This document shows, in pieces, positions 40,391 through 50,002 of a DNA stretch of 64,000 nt. Made by a program: the position numbers and the translations under genes. How positions within the stretch are numbered: the first letter of the stretch is position 1; the number at the start of each line of letters is the position of its first letter. Under the pieces are notes generated by a model. The model saw only the letters and a program-made list of their open reading frames with translations. It was not told where the DNA came from and searched no databases. The stretch is from Candidatus Methanomethylicia archaeon (lineage in GTDB: Archaea; Thermoproteota; Methanomethylicia; Culexarchaeales; Culexarchaeaceae), in NCBI GenBank assembly GCA_038727515.1, contig JAVYVS010000001.1, positions 384,001 to 448,000 on the forward strand, written 5' to 3'.

Positions 40391-41320
40391 ATGGATTACA
40401 TTGTACTATTGGATAAGGTCTCTAAATATTATAATGGTTTTAAGGCGCTGGATGATGTTTCTTTAAGTATTAAACGTGGTGAGATCTATGTGGTTTTAGG
40501 TCCTAATGGTGCTGGCAAAACTACATTATTCAATATAATCGCAGGAGTTTTAAAACCATCTTCTGGATTCATGAAAGTGTTTGGTGTTGATCCATCAGAC
40601 CCTAAAATCCATCATAAGATTTCATATCTACCATCAACATCAATACTATATCCATGGCTTACGTCAATGGAGAATATTGAATATTATGCTTCAATCTATG
40701 GATTAGAGAAAGATGTTTTAAAGGAGAGATCCAATGAGTTATTTGATTATTTTGGTATTAATGATTTAAAGTTTAAATTAGCTTCAAAACTTTCCACTGG
40801 TCAGAGCAAATTAATTTCAATTATTATTACTTTGATCGTTAAACCAGAATTAATTATTTTAGATGAACCTACCACTGGACTTGACCCTAATATGAGGAGG
40901 AAAATCTTAGATTTAATACGTAAATTATCAATTGAAAACGCCACAGTAATGTTTGCAACACATATAGTAAATGAAGCTGAAGAACTTATGGGTAGAGTAG
41001 CAATAATGGATAGAGGTAAGATAATAGTTGAGGGAGGTGTAGAAGAATTAAAGAAATCTTATGCTCCACCCTCAGTTATAACAATAAAAACTTTTGAAGA
41101 ATATATTGATAAAGCAAGTACCATTTTAAAGCATTATTGTAATGATGTTTTCACTATAAATGATGAATTGAGAATACATAGTAATGACCCAGATATGGAT
41201 ATGCCTAAATACATTTTAAAATTAAGTGAATCAGGAGTGAAAATTTCAAGTGTAAAAATAGATAATCCAACACTTGAAGATGTATTTTTAAAATTGACTG
41301 GGAGGGGTTTGAGAGAATGA
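40391..41320 (+). CDS. ABC-2 exporter ATP-binding subunit
   Basis: GPNGAGKT, LSTGQ signature, LDEPTTGLDP. Confidence 0.92.
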   Translation: MDYIVLLDKVSKYYNGFKALDDVSLSIKRGEIYVVLGPNGAGKTTLFNIIAGVLKPSSGFMKVFGVDPSDPKIHHKISYLPSTSILYPWLTSMENIEYYASIYGLEKDVLKERSNELFDYFGINDLKFKLASKLSTGQSKLISIIITLIVKPELIILDEPTTGLDPNMRRKILDLIRKLSIENATVMFATHIVNEAEELMGRVAIMDRGKIIVEGGVEELKKSYAPPSVITIKTFEEYIDKASTILKHYCNDVFTINDELRIHSNDPDMDMPKYILKLSESGVKISSVKIDNPTLEDVFLKLTGRGLRE

Positions 41321-42573
41321 AATTAAAGACGATAATTGCATTCATTAAATGTGAAATTAAACGATACTATAGGGAGAAGATCTTATTGTTTTGGCTTTTA
41401 ATTTGGCCATTAATATGGATACTCATGACAGCATACGTATTTGTACCACCAACAACCACTAATCAATTTATAAACTTAAATATTGGAGTAATAAATTACG
41501 ATAAATCTAATACACCATTTAATGGTACAACATTCATTAAAATTCTAAGAGAAATAGAGTATAATGGTACAAGGATATTCAGTATAAGTGAATATAAAAC
41601 TGTAGAGGAAGCTGTTCAAAGTCTAAAGAGGGGGATTCTTGATGCATTAATAATAATACCAGAGGATTTTGGATTTGAAATATTTAATGTGATAAGTTCA
41701 GTGGAGATAAAGGTGTATGTGGGTGCTAAAACCCCACAAACAAAGCAAATAACTGAAACAATAATTACCAGTGTTATAAGAGGATTTTCAGAGGAAATTT
41801 CATCGGAGAGAGTTAAATATATTCTTAGCTATATTCCAGAAGAGTATAGGTATTGGTCTAAGATAGTCTTAAAGAATTTAGTAAACCCAGTTAACATGAG
41901 TATAGGATATATTTTACCAGAGGTATTTCAAGAACGTTCAAGGATAATTGGATGGTATACTATTGGAGCTATTGGAATGCTATTCCTATACACTGGATTT
42001 TCATCAGGATCCACAATGATAATATCTGAAAAAGAAAGAGGAACCTTAAAGAAGCTTTTATCAACACCTTTAACAGCAAGTGAATTCATAATTGGAAGAA
42101 TGATATCATTAATGATACCAATGTTAATATCAACAATAATACTCATATTGATAAGTATTTCACCAATAATAGGAGCACATATAACATTCAATCCTACAAA
42201 TCCAATACATATACTATCAGCAATATTCATAGTGTGTGGTGCGTTAATGAGTATAAGTATAGGAGCAATAATATCCATGATAGCAAAAACAAGAGAAGGA
42301 GCATCAAGTATGGGGGTTATTCTAGGACTACTACTCTCATTTACAACTGGAATATGGTTTCCAATAGAATGGATGCCTCAACCCATAAGAATACTAGCAA
42401 AAATATTTCCACCAGCATGGAGCATTGAAATAAGTAGGAGAATAATAGTATTTGAACCACCATATGAAACACTACTAATAGACACAATAAAAATCATAAC
42501 ATCAACAATAATACTCTTAACCATAGCCATAACCATATATAAGAAAACAATACAAAAACAAATGGAAATATAA
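41317..42573 (+). CDS. ABC-2 exporter permease
   Basis: EKERGTLKKLLSTP motif, N-terminal TM plus large loop plus 5 TM. Confidence 0.9.
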   Translation: MKLKTIIAFIKCEIKRYYREKILLFWLLIWPLIWILMTAYVFVPPTTTNQFINLNIGVINYDKSNTPFNGTTFIKILREIEYNGTRIFSISEYKTVEEAVQSLKRGILDALIIIPEDFGFEIFNVISSVEIKVYVGAKTPQTKQITETIITSVIRGFSEEISSERVKYILSYIPEEYRYWSKIVLKNLVNPVNMSIGYILPEVFQERSRIIGWYTIGAIGMLFLYTGFSSGSTMIISEKERGTLKKLLSTPLTASEFIIGRMISLMIPMLISTIILILISISPIIGAHITFNPTNPIHILSAIFIVCGALMSISIGAIISMIAKTREGASSMGVILGLLLSFTTGIWFPIEWMPQPIRILAKIFPPAWSIEISRRIIVFEPPYETLLIDTIKIITSTIILLTIAITIYKKTIQKQMEI

Positions 42574-42734
42574 TTAACAAATAAATAATAATAAGTTTTA
42601 ATCGAGAGCATAATTGGAAATTTTTTAAAGTAATGGGGAAGACTATGTTAAGCTTGAAGAAGTAGTTACGAAGCATCGTATAAATTAAATAATCTAAAAT
42701 TTATTGATAGAAAATCTTTTCAATAGATCGTTCA

Positions 42735-43514
42735 ATGGATTATTTGACGATTATGGTTAATAAGTTGAAGGAGAAATTACTTCGTAATGAAATTGCTTAT
42801 GGTGTTTGGATTACAATGAATTGTCCTGATATTGTTGAAGCTTTATCTATGTTGGATTTTGATTGGATGCTTATTGATATGGAGCATGCACCATTAACAA
42901 TTAGTGATGTTCAAAGATTACTGCAAGTAATAGATGAAGAAAAGATTACTCCAATAGTTAGAGTTTGGTGGAATGATTTTGTACAAATAAAACTTGCTTT
43001 AGATGTAGGAGCTATGGGCATTATGATTCCATGGATTAATAATGCTAAACAAGCTGAAGAAGCAGTTAAAGCCATAAGATATCCACCAAGGGGTATAAGA
43101 GGTTATGGTCCAAGGAGAGCTGCAAAATATGGATTAAAGTTAAAGGAGTATCTTGAAAGAGTTGATGAAGATATAATATTAATATCACAAATAGAAACTT
43201 TAGAAGCTGTAAAGAATTTAGATGAGATAATTAGTGTTGAAGGTGTAGATGCACTCTTCATAGGACCTTACGATTTAGCAACATCATTAGGATATCTTGG
43301 AAATCCACAACACTCAGAAGTTCAAAAAATAATAAGTGAAATACTCAATAAATGTTTAGAGAAGAATAAACCTATAGGGATATATAGTTCACTGGAAATG
43401 GCAGAAAAGCATAGAGATATGGGATTTAAAATGATCGCTATTGGAAGTGAAATAAATGCATTAATATCAACATTTAAAAACAAATTAAATGAATTAAAGG
43501 GCTCATCAAAATAA
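42735..43514 (+). CDS. HpcH/HpaI class II pyruvate aldolase
   Basis: IDMEH, LDVGA.GI..P, RYPP.G.RG, QIET, FIGPYDL motifs. Confidence 0.9.
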   Translation: MDYLTIMVNKLKEKLLRNEIAYGVWITMNCPDIVEALSMLDFDWMLIDMEHAPLTISDVQRLLQVIDEEKITPIVRVWWNDFVQIKLALDVGAMGIMIPWINNAKQAEEAVKAIRYPPRGIRGYGPRRAAKYGLKLKEYLERVDEDIILISQIETLEAVKNLDEIISVEGVDALFIGPYDLATSLGYLGNPQHSEVQKIISEILNKCLEKNKPIGIYSSLEMAEKHRDMGFKMIAIGSEINALISTFKNKLNELKGSSK

Positions 43515-43550
43515 TTTTATATAAATTAATTATTTCAATAATTTTTCCAT

Positions 43551-43712
43551 TTACAAACTACGTTTCGGTATTTCATATAGTATTTGATCTTCTGAAAGAA
43601 TTAGTATACTACCACATTTTAAACATCTATAATACTTATTAACTCCATGCTCACCTTTTTGTTCACCTAGAAATTCAACTTCACCATGACTACACTTAAT
43701 CTTCTTCTCCAT
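43551..43712 (-). CDS. Small Zn-ribbon-like protein (53 aa, not in ORF track)
   Basis: Hand translation MEKKIKCSHGEVEFLGEQKGEHGVNKYYRCLKCGSILILSEDQILYEIPKRSL*. Confidence 0.7.
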   Translation of the reverse strand: MEKKIKCSHGEVEFLGEQKGEHGVNKYYRCLKCGSILILSEDQILYEIPKRSL

Positions 43713-43863
43713 AGAGACCATGATAAAATATGAAAAACAATATTAAAAATATTCATTACTCAAAAGAGAATGTTCAAATTAGGTAAGTAAATATCTCAAA
43801 AATAAAAATGTATGTGGAGGAATTATTGAAGATTATTTACAATATTATTAAATAATTTCAAAT

Positions 43864-45462
43864 TCATTTTCGTATATGCTTCCTTAAAACTCTTCCAGGT
43901 TTTGCACCTGTATGTTTCCCATTAAATACCACTGGTACACCATTTACTATAACATGAATTATACCTGTTGGTAGTTGATGTGGATCTGTAAATATAGCGT
44001 TATCCTTTACAGTTTCTGGATTGAATACCACTATATCTGCATATGCTCCTTCACGTATTATTCCACGATCTCTAAATCCAAGTCTCCATGCTGGTAGATA
44101 AGTCATTTTTCTTATAGCTTGCTCTAAACTTATAATTTTACGTTCACGTGAATATACACCTAAAACCCTTGGGAATGTCCCATAATATCTTGGGTGAGGT
44201 TTACCTTTACCTAAAACTCCCTCCGGAGCTACTGCACTCCCATCAGATCCAACCATAACCCATGGAAGTTTCATGGCAAATTCAACATCTTCTTCACACA
44301 TACCAAAGCTTATATGTGAAACTCTACTCTCTTCATCTAATAAAAGCTTTATAACTGTATCCACGGGATTTAAACCAAGTATTCTAGATATTTCACTAAT
44401 GGTTTTCCCTAGGAATTGTTTATTCTTTTCTAAGTATGATATCATTATCCTATCCCAATAATCAGGTTCTCTCTTAGAATATCCTTCAAGATGAGCTTTG
44501 ATTTTAATTAGATCTTCAGGGTTTTTCAATCTCTCTAATAATTTTTCAGCTCCACCTTCATGAGCCCAATCTGGAAGTAATGCACTTAAACTTGTGCTTG
44601 AAGCGATGTATGGGTATTGATCTGCAGTTACATCTACACCCCTATTTCTAGCTTCTTCAATTAATTTAGCTGCATCTCTAATTTTACCCCAATTTAATTT
44701 TCCACTAGCTTTAAAATGACTAATCTCCACTGGGATTCCAGCTTCCTCCCCTATACGTATAGCTTCTTTAACAGCTTCAAGTAGAGTTGCACCTTCACCT
44801 CTAATGTGACTTGCATATATACCACCATATTGAGCTACAACTTTAGCTAATTCAATTATCTCCTCAGTTTTAGCATAACAACTTGGAGGATAAATTAAAC
44901 CTGTACTTAAACCTACAGCTCCATCCATCATAGCTTCAGCTACAAGCCTTTTCATCTCCTCCAATTCATTCCTTGTGGGTTCTCTATTTACAAAACCCAT
45001 AACATAAGATCTAACCGTAGAATGCCCTACATGGGAAGCCACATTGACAGATATACCACCCTTTTCAAGTTTATTGAAGTATTCACCCATGGTAGACCAA
45101 TCCAATTTAATTTGCCCTTCAAATTCAGGTAAAACAAATTTCTCCATGTAAACTTTCATTAAATCATTAAGTGGAGCTGCAGAACTACCACAATTACCCA
45201 CAACCTCCAATGTAACACCTTGATGAATCTTACTAATAGCTCTACCATCAACAAGCAATTCCAAATCAGAATGACTATGCATATCAATAAACCCTGGAGA
45301 AACAGCTAAACCTCTAGCATCAATAATAATCTTAGCATCCATACCCTTAGCACTACCAATAAAGGATATCTTATCATTTAAAACTCCAATATCACCATAA
45401 AACCATGGATTACCAGTACCATCAAAAATCTTTCCACCAACAATAAGTAAATCAAACTCCAT
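43864..45462 (-). CDS. N-acyl-D-amino-acid deacylase (D-aminoacylase)
   Basis: DGTGNP, PGFIDMHSHSD, GNCG, SHIRGE, DQYPY, HPRYYGTFPR motifs. Confidence 0.92.
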   Translation of the reverse strand: MEFDLLIVGGKIFDGTGNPWFYGDIGVLNDKISFIGSAKGMDAKIIIDARGLAVSPGFIDMHSHSDLELLVDGRAISKIHQGVTLEVVGNCGSSAAPLNDLMKVYMEKFVLPEFEGQIKLDWSTMGEYFNKLEKGGISVNVASHVGHSTVRSYVMGFVNREPTRNELEEMKRLVAEAMMDGAVGLSTGLIYPPSCYAKTEEIIELAKVVAQYGGIYASHIRGEGATLLEAVKEAIRIGEEAGIPVEISHFKASGKLNWGKIRDAAKLIEEARNRGVDVTADQYPYIASSTSLSALLPDWAHEGGAEKLLERLKNPEDLIKIKAHLEGYSKREPDYWDRIMISYLEKNKQFLGKTISEISRILGLNPVDTVIKLLLDEESRVSHISFGMCEEDVEFAMKLPWVMVGSDGSAVAPEGVLGKGKPHPRYYGTFPRVLGVYSRERKIISLEQAIRKMTYLPAWRLGFRDRGIIREGAYADIVVFNPETVKDNAIFTDPHQLPTGIIHVIVNGVPVVFNGKHTGAKPGRVLRKHIRK

Positions 45463-45560
45463 ATAATATCAAACCTATATTTAAATGAGAAATATAAAAA
45501 TGATTCCATAAACAATTAAATCTCAAATATATGAATAGATTAGACCTTTACAATAAACTT

Positions 45561-47012
45561 CTATAATGGTTTACACATGTATGGACTATCCTTAAGTTTT
45601 CTATAACCTAAACGTCTATAATAACTTCTAACACCAATACCAGATAACACTAAAATCTTCTTTGCATCAAATTCCTCCATAGATATTCTTTCAGCTTCAG
45701 ATAGCAACATTGCTCCAAGACCTTTATGTTGCCATTCAATAGTTGATTTAACACCTACTGGAACTTGAGGTCCATAAACATGTAATTCTCTAACTATTGT
45801 TGTTTTAGAATTTATTTGACGTCTATGAGCTAATGGTGATGGATATCTAAGTCTAAGGAAGGCTAGTAATATATCCCTAACACTATCTTCAATAGACAAG
45901 AATACTTCAACACCACCACTAGCTTCAAATCTCTCAATAAACAACTTAATATCCTCCAATTTTGGGTATACATTTTCCTTCAACATTTTATGCCCAACTT
46001 CTCTACATCTAATACAATTACACTTTAAACCCATACTCTTCAATCTCTCATGTACAACCTCCCTTAAATGCCCTATATTAACTCCTGCTTCCACAACATT
46101 TAACGGTATATCCCTTTGAATACGCATAATCCTAACCCACCTTGGAATTCTCGGTAAAACCTTTATTAAAAGTTCAATAGCATCTTCAGTTGTAAATGGC
46201 TTATATAAACCCTTAATCCAAAGATCATAAAGTCCAGTTCCCTTAACAACTATAGTTGGATAAATCTTAAGCATATCAGGCATAAAATTTGGATCACTAA
46301 AAATAGTTTCAAAAACCTTAAGATCCATATCTAAATCACTACCTGGAAGTCCAGGCATAATATGATAACATACTTTGAATCCACAATCCTTCAATATTCT
46401 AGTAGATTCTATTGTATCCTTAACACTATGACCTCTACGAACTTTAACTAGAATATCATCAAAAATGGTTTGTACACCCAATTCAACCCTAGTACCCCCA
46501 AGCATTAACATTCTATCAGCATGTACCTCCTTCCCCCAATCAGGTCTAGTTTCAAAAGTCATCCCCACACATCTAATCTTTGCATACTCATTCCTCCTCT
46601 GAGCATATTCTAAACTAATCCATTTATCAGATCTAGGATTTGGATACCTATTCATAGCTTCTAAACACATGGTTACAAACCATTCTTGATAATCAAGAGG
46701 CATAGCTGGAAATGTTCCACCCATAATTATTAATTCAATTTTAGATGGATTATGACCTAGAGAATAATATTGATTCAATCTAGCCCTAACTTGCTCATAT
46801 GGATCATAATTAAATTCTTGAGCCCTCATTAAAGCTGGCTCCCTACCATAATAGCTCTGTGGAGTACCATATTCAGGTCCACCTGGACAATAAATACATT
46901 TACCATGTGGACATGGATATGGATGAGCCATAACGGCAACTACATTAACACCAGAAATACTCCTAATAGGCTTCTTCAAACCCTTAAAATACTCAATCAA
47001 ACTATCAAGCAT
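45561..47012 (-). CDS. elp3: tRNA U34 carboxymethyltransferase Elp3 (radical SAM + GNAT)
   Basis: RSISGV, CPHGKCIYCPGG, ETRPD, KIYPT, RELHVYG, QHKGLG motifs. Confidence 0.95.
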   Translation of the reverse strand: MLDSLIEYFKGLKKPIRSISGVNVVAVMAHPYPCPHGKCIYCPGGPEYGTPQSYYGREPALMRAQEFNYDPYEQVRARLNQYYSLGHNPSKIELIIMGGTFPAMPLDYQEWFVTMCLEAMNRYPNPRSDKWISLEYAQRRNEYAKIRCVGMTFETRPDWGKEVHADRMLMLGGTRVELGVQTIFDDILVKVRRGHSVKDTIESTRILKDCGFKVCYHIMPGLPGSDLDMDLKVFETIFSDPNFMPDMLKIYPTIVVKGTGLYDLWIKGLYKPFTTEDAIELLIKVLPRIPRWVRIMRIQRDIPLNVVEAGVNIGHLREVVHERLKSMGLKCNCIRCREVGHKMLKENVYPKLEDIKLFIERFEASGGVEVFLSIEDSVRDILLAFLRLRYPSPLAHRRQINSKTTIVRELHVYGPQVPVGVKSTIEWQHKGLGAMLLSEAERISMEEFDAKKILVLSGIGVRSYYRRLGYRKLKDSPYMCKPL

Positions 47013-47047
47013 AACAATTAAATAAATGGAATAGTGAGATAAAAGGT

Positions 47048-47767
47048 TTAAGGCTTAAATAATATAGCCACATGATTCTCAGAAAATCTAGTCTTCCTAA
47101 AACTTTTACCATAAAAATATGCTAAATGAAATTTTGAAGATCTACAAAGCCTAAGAAATTCCCTCCTAGAAAATAGATGATGGAAACGTAGATAAACACC
47201 ACCTCGAGATTTCCATGGAATATATACGTCACCATATTCTTTAACACGCCTTAAAAAACGATTAAACAACATTTTAGGAATCAATTTGAAAAATCTATAT
47301 TGATATAAAGCCCAAACACTTAAAACTAATATCCCAAACTTCCTTAAAACCCTAAAAATCTCATTTAAAGCATCAACCCTACACTTAAACAATGGAATAT
47401 GATGGATAGTAGCTAAACATAGAGCATGATCTATAGAACAAGATCTAAATGGTAGAAAGTTAATATCACATACAACTCCATTAATAAACCTATAACTCTC
47501 CCTAAACCTAACCTTAGATAAACATAATTTAACCATAACTGGAGAGATATCAACAGCTAAAACTTCACATCCCTCATTAACTAAAGCTATAGAATGTCTA
47601 CCAGAACCACAACCTAAATCAACAATTAAACCACCAAACCTAGATAAAAGATAAACTTCACTCCAAGGCTTAACCCTAGTAACATCAAATTCATATGCAA
47701 TACTACTAAAAACATCCATAACACTCCTCTTAACATTAAAAGTATAACCCATAGAATCACTCAACAC
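47048..47767 (-). CDS. Class I SAM methyltransferase, Trm9/ALKBH8-like
   Basis: DLGCGSGR, ATIHHI..R..AL.E..RVL, VWA..Q, DVYIPW, RFHHLF pattern shared with Trm9/ALKBH8 MTase domains. Confidence 0.75.
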   Translation of the reverse strand: MLSDSMGYTFNVKRSVMDVFSSIAYEFDVTRVKPWSEVYLLSRFGGLIVDLGCGSGRHSIALVNEGCEVLAVDISPVMVKLCLSKVRFRESYRFINGVVCDINFLPFRSCSIDHALCLATIHHIPLFKCRVDALNEIFRVLRKFGILVLSVWALYQYRFFKLIPKMLFNRFLRRVKEYGDVYIPWKSRGGVYLRFHHLFSRREFLRLCRSSKFHLAYFYGKSFRKTRFSENHVAILFKP

Positions 47768-47958
47768 CCCTTAAAAACCTTCTCTTTAAACTTCATAACA
47801 ACATAGGGGACCAATCGTTTATCATCAACCTTATACAATACTAAACCCAAGGAAAAAACAATACGCTTACCACAATTAAAACACTGAAAACTTTTAACAC
47901 CAGCCCTAACAGCCCTAACATCACCACAATAAGGACACTTAACAACTAAATAACTCAT
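47761..47958 (-). CDS. Small Zn-ribbon protein (DUF1922-like)
   Basis: CPYCG...CFNCG; stop overlaps the MTase 5' end. Confidence 0.75.
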   Translation of the reverse strand: MSYLVVKCPYCGDVRAVRAGVKSFQCFNCGKRIVFSLGLVLYKVDDKRLVPYVVMKFKEKVFKGC

Positions 47959-48017
47959 ACATATAATTAAGAAGTGAACATCATATTTAAAGGAAACGTA
48001 AATAAATTAAAAGGTGT

Positions 48018-48872
48018 ATGATGACATTAAGAGAAATAAAAAGACTTTGGCTTAGAAGCCTAGACGTAATAGGAGATATAGCAATAATAGAATTAAAACC
48101 AGAATTTAAAGACAGAAAAATTGAAGTAGCAAAGAAAATACTTGAAGAAGTAAAATACATAAAGGTTGTTGTAGAGAAGAAGAGTCCAATAAGTGGAGAC
48201 TATAGGATTATGGATTTAGAATGGCTTGCAGGAGAAAAAAGATTTACCACAATACATAGAGAATATGGATGCATATTCAAGTTAGATATATCAAAAGTAT
48301 ATTTCACACCAAGACTATCCACAGAGAGAATGAGAATAGCTGAAAAAGTTTTAGCTGGAGAAACTATAGTGAACATGTTTGCTGGAATAGGAACATACTC
48401 AATAGTAATAGCTAGAAAAGCCAAAAATAAACCATCAAAGATATATTCTATAGACATAAACCCAGAAGCACATAAATACGCCATAGAAAACATAAAATTA
48501 AACAAAGTTGAAGACATAGTAATACCATTACTTGGAGATGCAAAAGAAATTATAATGGAAAAACTAGTTGAAATAGCCGATAGAGTTCTAATGCCATACC
48601 CAGAATTAGCATTAAAATACCTACCCTATGCAATAATAGCATTAAAAGAAACTGGAGGAGTAATACATGCCTACGACTTCATAAAATACATGAAAGGAGA
48701 AAACCCAAAGGAAAAAATGAAAAGTAGATATGAAGAAGAACTTACTAAACTTGGAGTAGAATATGAAATAATAGATGTTAGAAGAACTGGAGAAGTTGCA
48801 CCAAGAGAATACAGAATGGCCATAGACATAAAAATAAACAGTAAAACTGGCTTAAGATTTCTTAAGTCATGA
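48018..48872 (+). CDS. Trm5/Taw2-family (Met10+) tRNA methyltransferase, short form
   Basis: DVIGDIA, T.HREYG..F.LD..KVYF.PRL..ER, MFAGIG, DINP, DRVLMPYP motifs. Confidence 0.88.
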   Translation: MMTLREIKRLWLRSLDVIGDIAIIELKPEFKDRKIEVAKKILEEVKYIKVVVEKKSPISGDYRIMDLEWLAGEKRFTTIHREYGCIFKLDISKVYFTPRLSTERMRIAEKVLAGETIVNMFAGIGTYSIVIARKAKNKPSKIYSIDINPEAHKYAIENIKLNKVEDIVIPLLGDAKEIIMEKLVEIADRVLMPYPELALKYLPYAIIALKETGGVIHAYDFIKYMKGENPKEKMKSRYEEELTKLGVEYEIIDVRRTGEVAPREYRMAIDIKINSKTGLRFLKS

Positions 48873-49908
48873 TTATTTGATTTATAGTTAGATTTAACAC
48901 TATTTCAGCAATATCACTTGCATATTCCCCAAATCTTCTAATACTTTCTAAAATCATCCTTATATTTGAAATCAATACCTTGTCGGTTTTCCCTCCAACA
49001 AGAGTCTTTATTATTTCATTTTCCATTGATGCTATTTTCTTAGTTTCTGATATGGTTTTTTCTGCTAGAAGATAATCCATTTTAAATAGGGATTCCACAG
49101 ATCTTTCAAATATTGATTTAACAAAGTTGCTCATATCTAAAATTTTTTGCAAAATTGATTCATCTAATTTTTCATCAATTAAAAGAACATTTCTAGATAT
49201 CTTAACCGTATGATCAGCTGCCCTTTCAACAAATTTTATCACAACTCTATAACCCAAACAATCCTTTGGATTTGAAAGTCCAATTTCTTTTAGAATTTTA
49301 TTATTTTGTACAGCAAATTTTAATTGTCTAATTATGTAAAAGCTAAAGCGATCAACTTCATCGTCTAGTTCAATTACATTCTTAGCAAGTTCTTTATCTA
49401 AATTGACCAATGCTTTAACAGCATCATTAAACATTGAAGATGTAATTAAACAAACACGTCTAAGAGCACTCTCCACAGAAAGCTCTGGATAACTGACTAA
49501 AACTTTAATTATGATTTCTTGAGATGAATCAAATATGATCTCTGTACCAACTAACTTTCTCTTTACCAATTCCCTTATAGCATTTCTTTGTGATGGAGTT
49601 ATATTATTATCATCTACAGTTTTAATTCTAATAGAGCTGTACCCATTGAGGTATATGGATATTATTGCTCTAGCAATTTTCTCCGGAGTATCATCAACAG
49701 ATATTTTGAGTATAGCTTCAGGGAAACTTATCTTTGGTTTAGCTAAATCCTTTGGAATTAAAATAAGTGATTCTCCTTCCTGAAGTATTACAATAGAACT
49801 ACCAGCTTTAAGACCCATTTCAGAAACCCATTTTTTCGGTAAAGAGACTGTATACGTTGATCCTCCAGTTAATTGAATCCGCCTTATTTCCTCATTCTCC
49901 ATAAACAC
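48862..49908 (-). CDS. Archaeal phosphate regulator (AbrB-like N-terminus + two PhoU repeats)
   Basis: RRIQLTGGSTYTVSLPK.W; DDEVDR, ERAADH. Confidence 0.9.
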   Translation of the reverse strand: MFMENEEIRRIQLTGGSTYTVSLPKKWVSEMGLKAGSSIVILQEGESLILIPKDLAKPKISFPEAILKISVDDTPEKIARAIISIYLNGYSSIRIKTVDDNNITPSQRNAIRELVKRKLVGTEIIFDSSQEIIIKVLVSYPELSVESALRRVCLITSSMFNDAVKALVNLDKELAKNVIELDDEVDRFSFYIIRQLKFAVQNNKILKEIGLSNPKDCLGYRVVIKFVERAADHTVKISRNVLLIDEKLDESILQKILDMSNFVKSIFERSVESLFKMDYLLAEKTISETKKIASMENEIIKTLVGGKTDKVLISNIRMILESIRRFGEYASDIAEIVLNLTINQIIMT

Positions 49909-49936
49909 TCAACCTATCTATATAGTTTACTTTCGT

Positions 49937-49966
49937 ATATATATTTTATTTTGATAAAATATATAT
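49937..49966. promoter_or_regulatory. Palindrome in the divergent pst promoter
   Basis: ATATATATTTTAT-tttg-ATAAAATATATAT, perfect 13-bp arms. Confidence 0.5.
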
Positions 49967-50002
49967 TTTTCCCAACAGCATAAATGCCATAGGGATTAAA
50001 AT

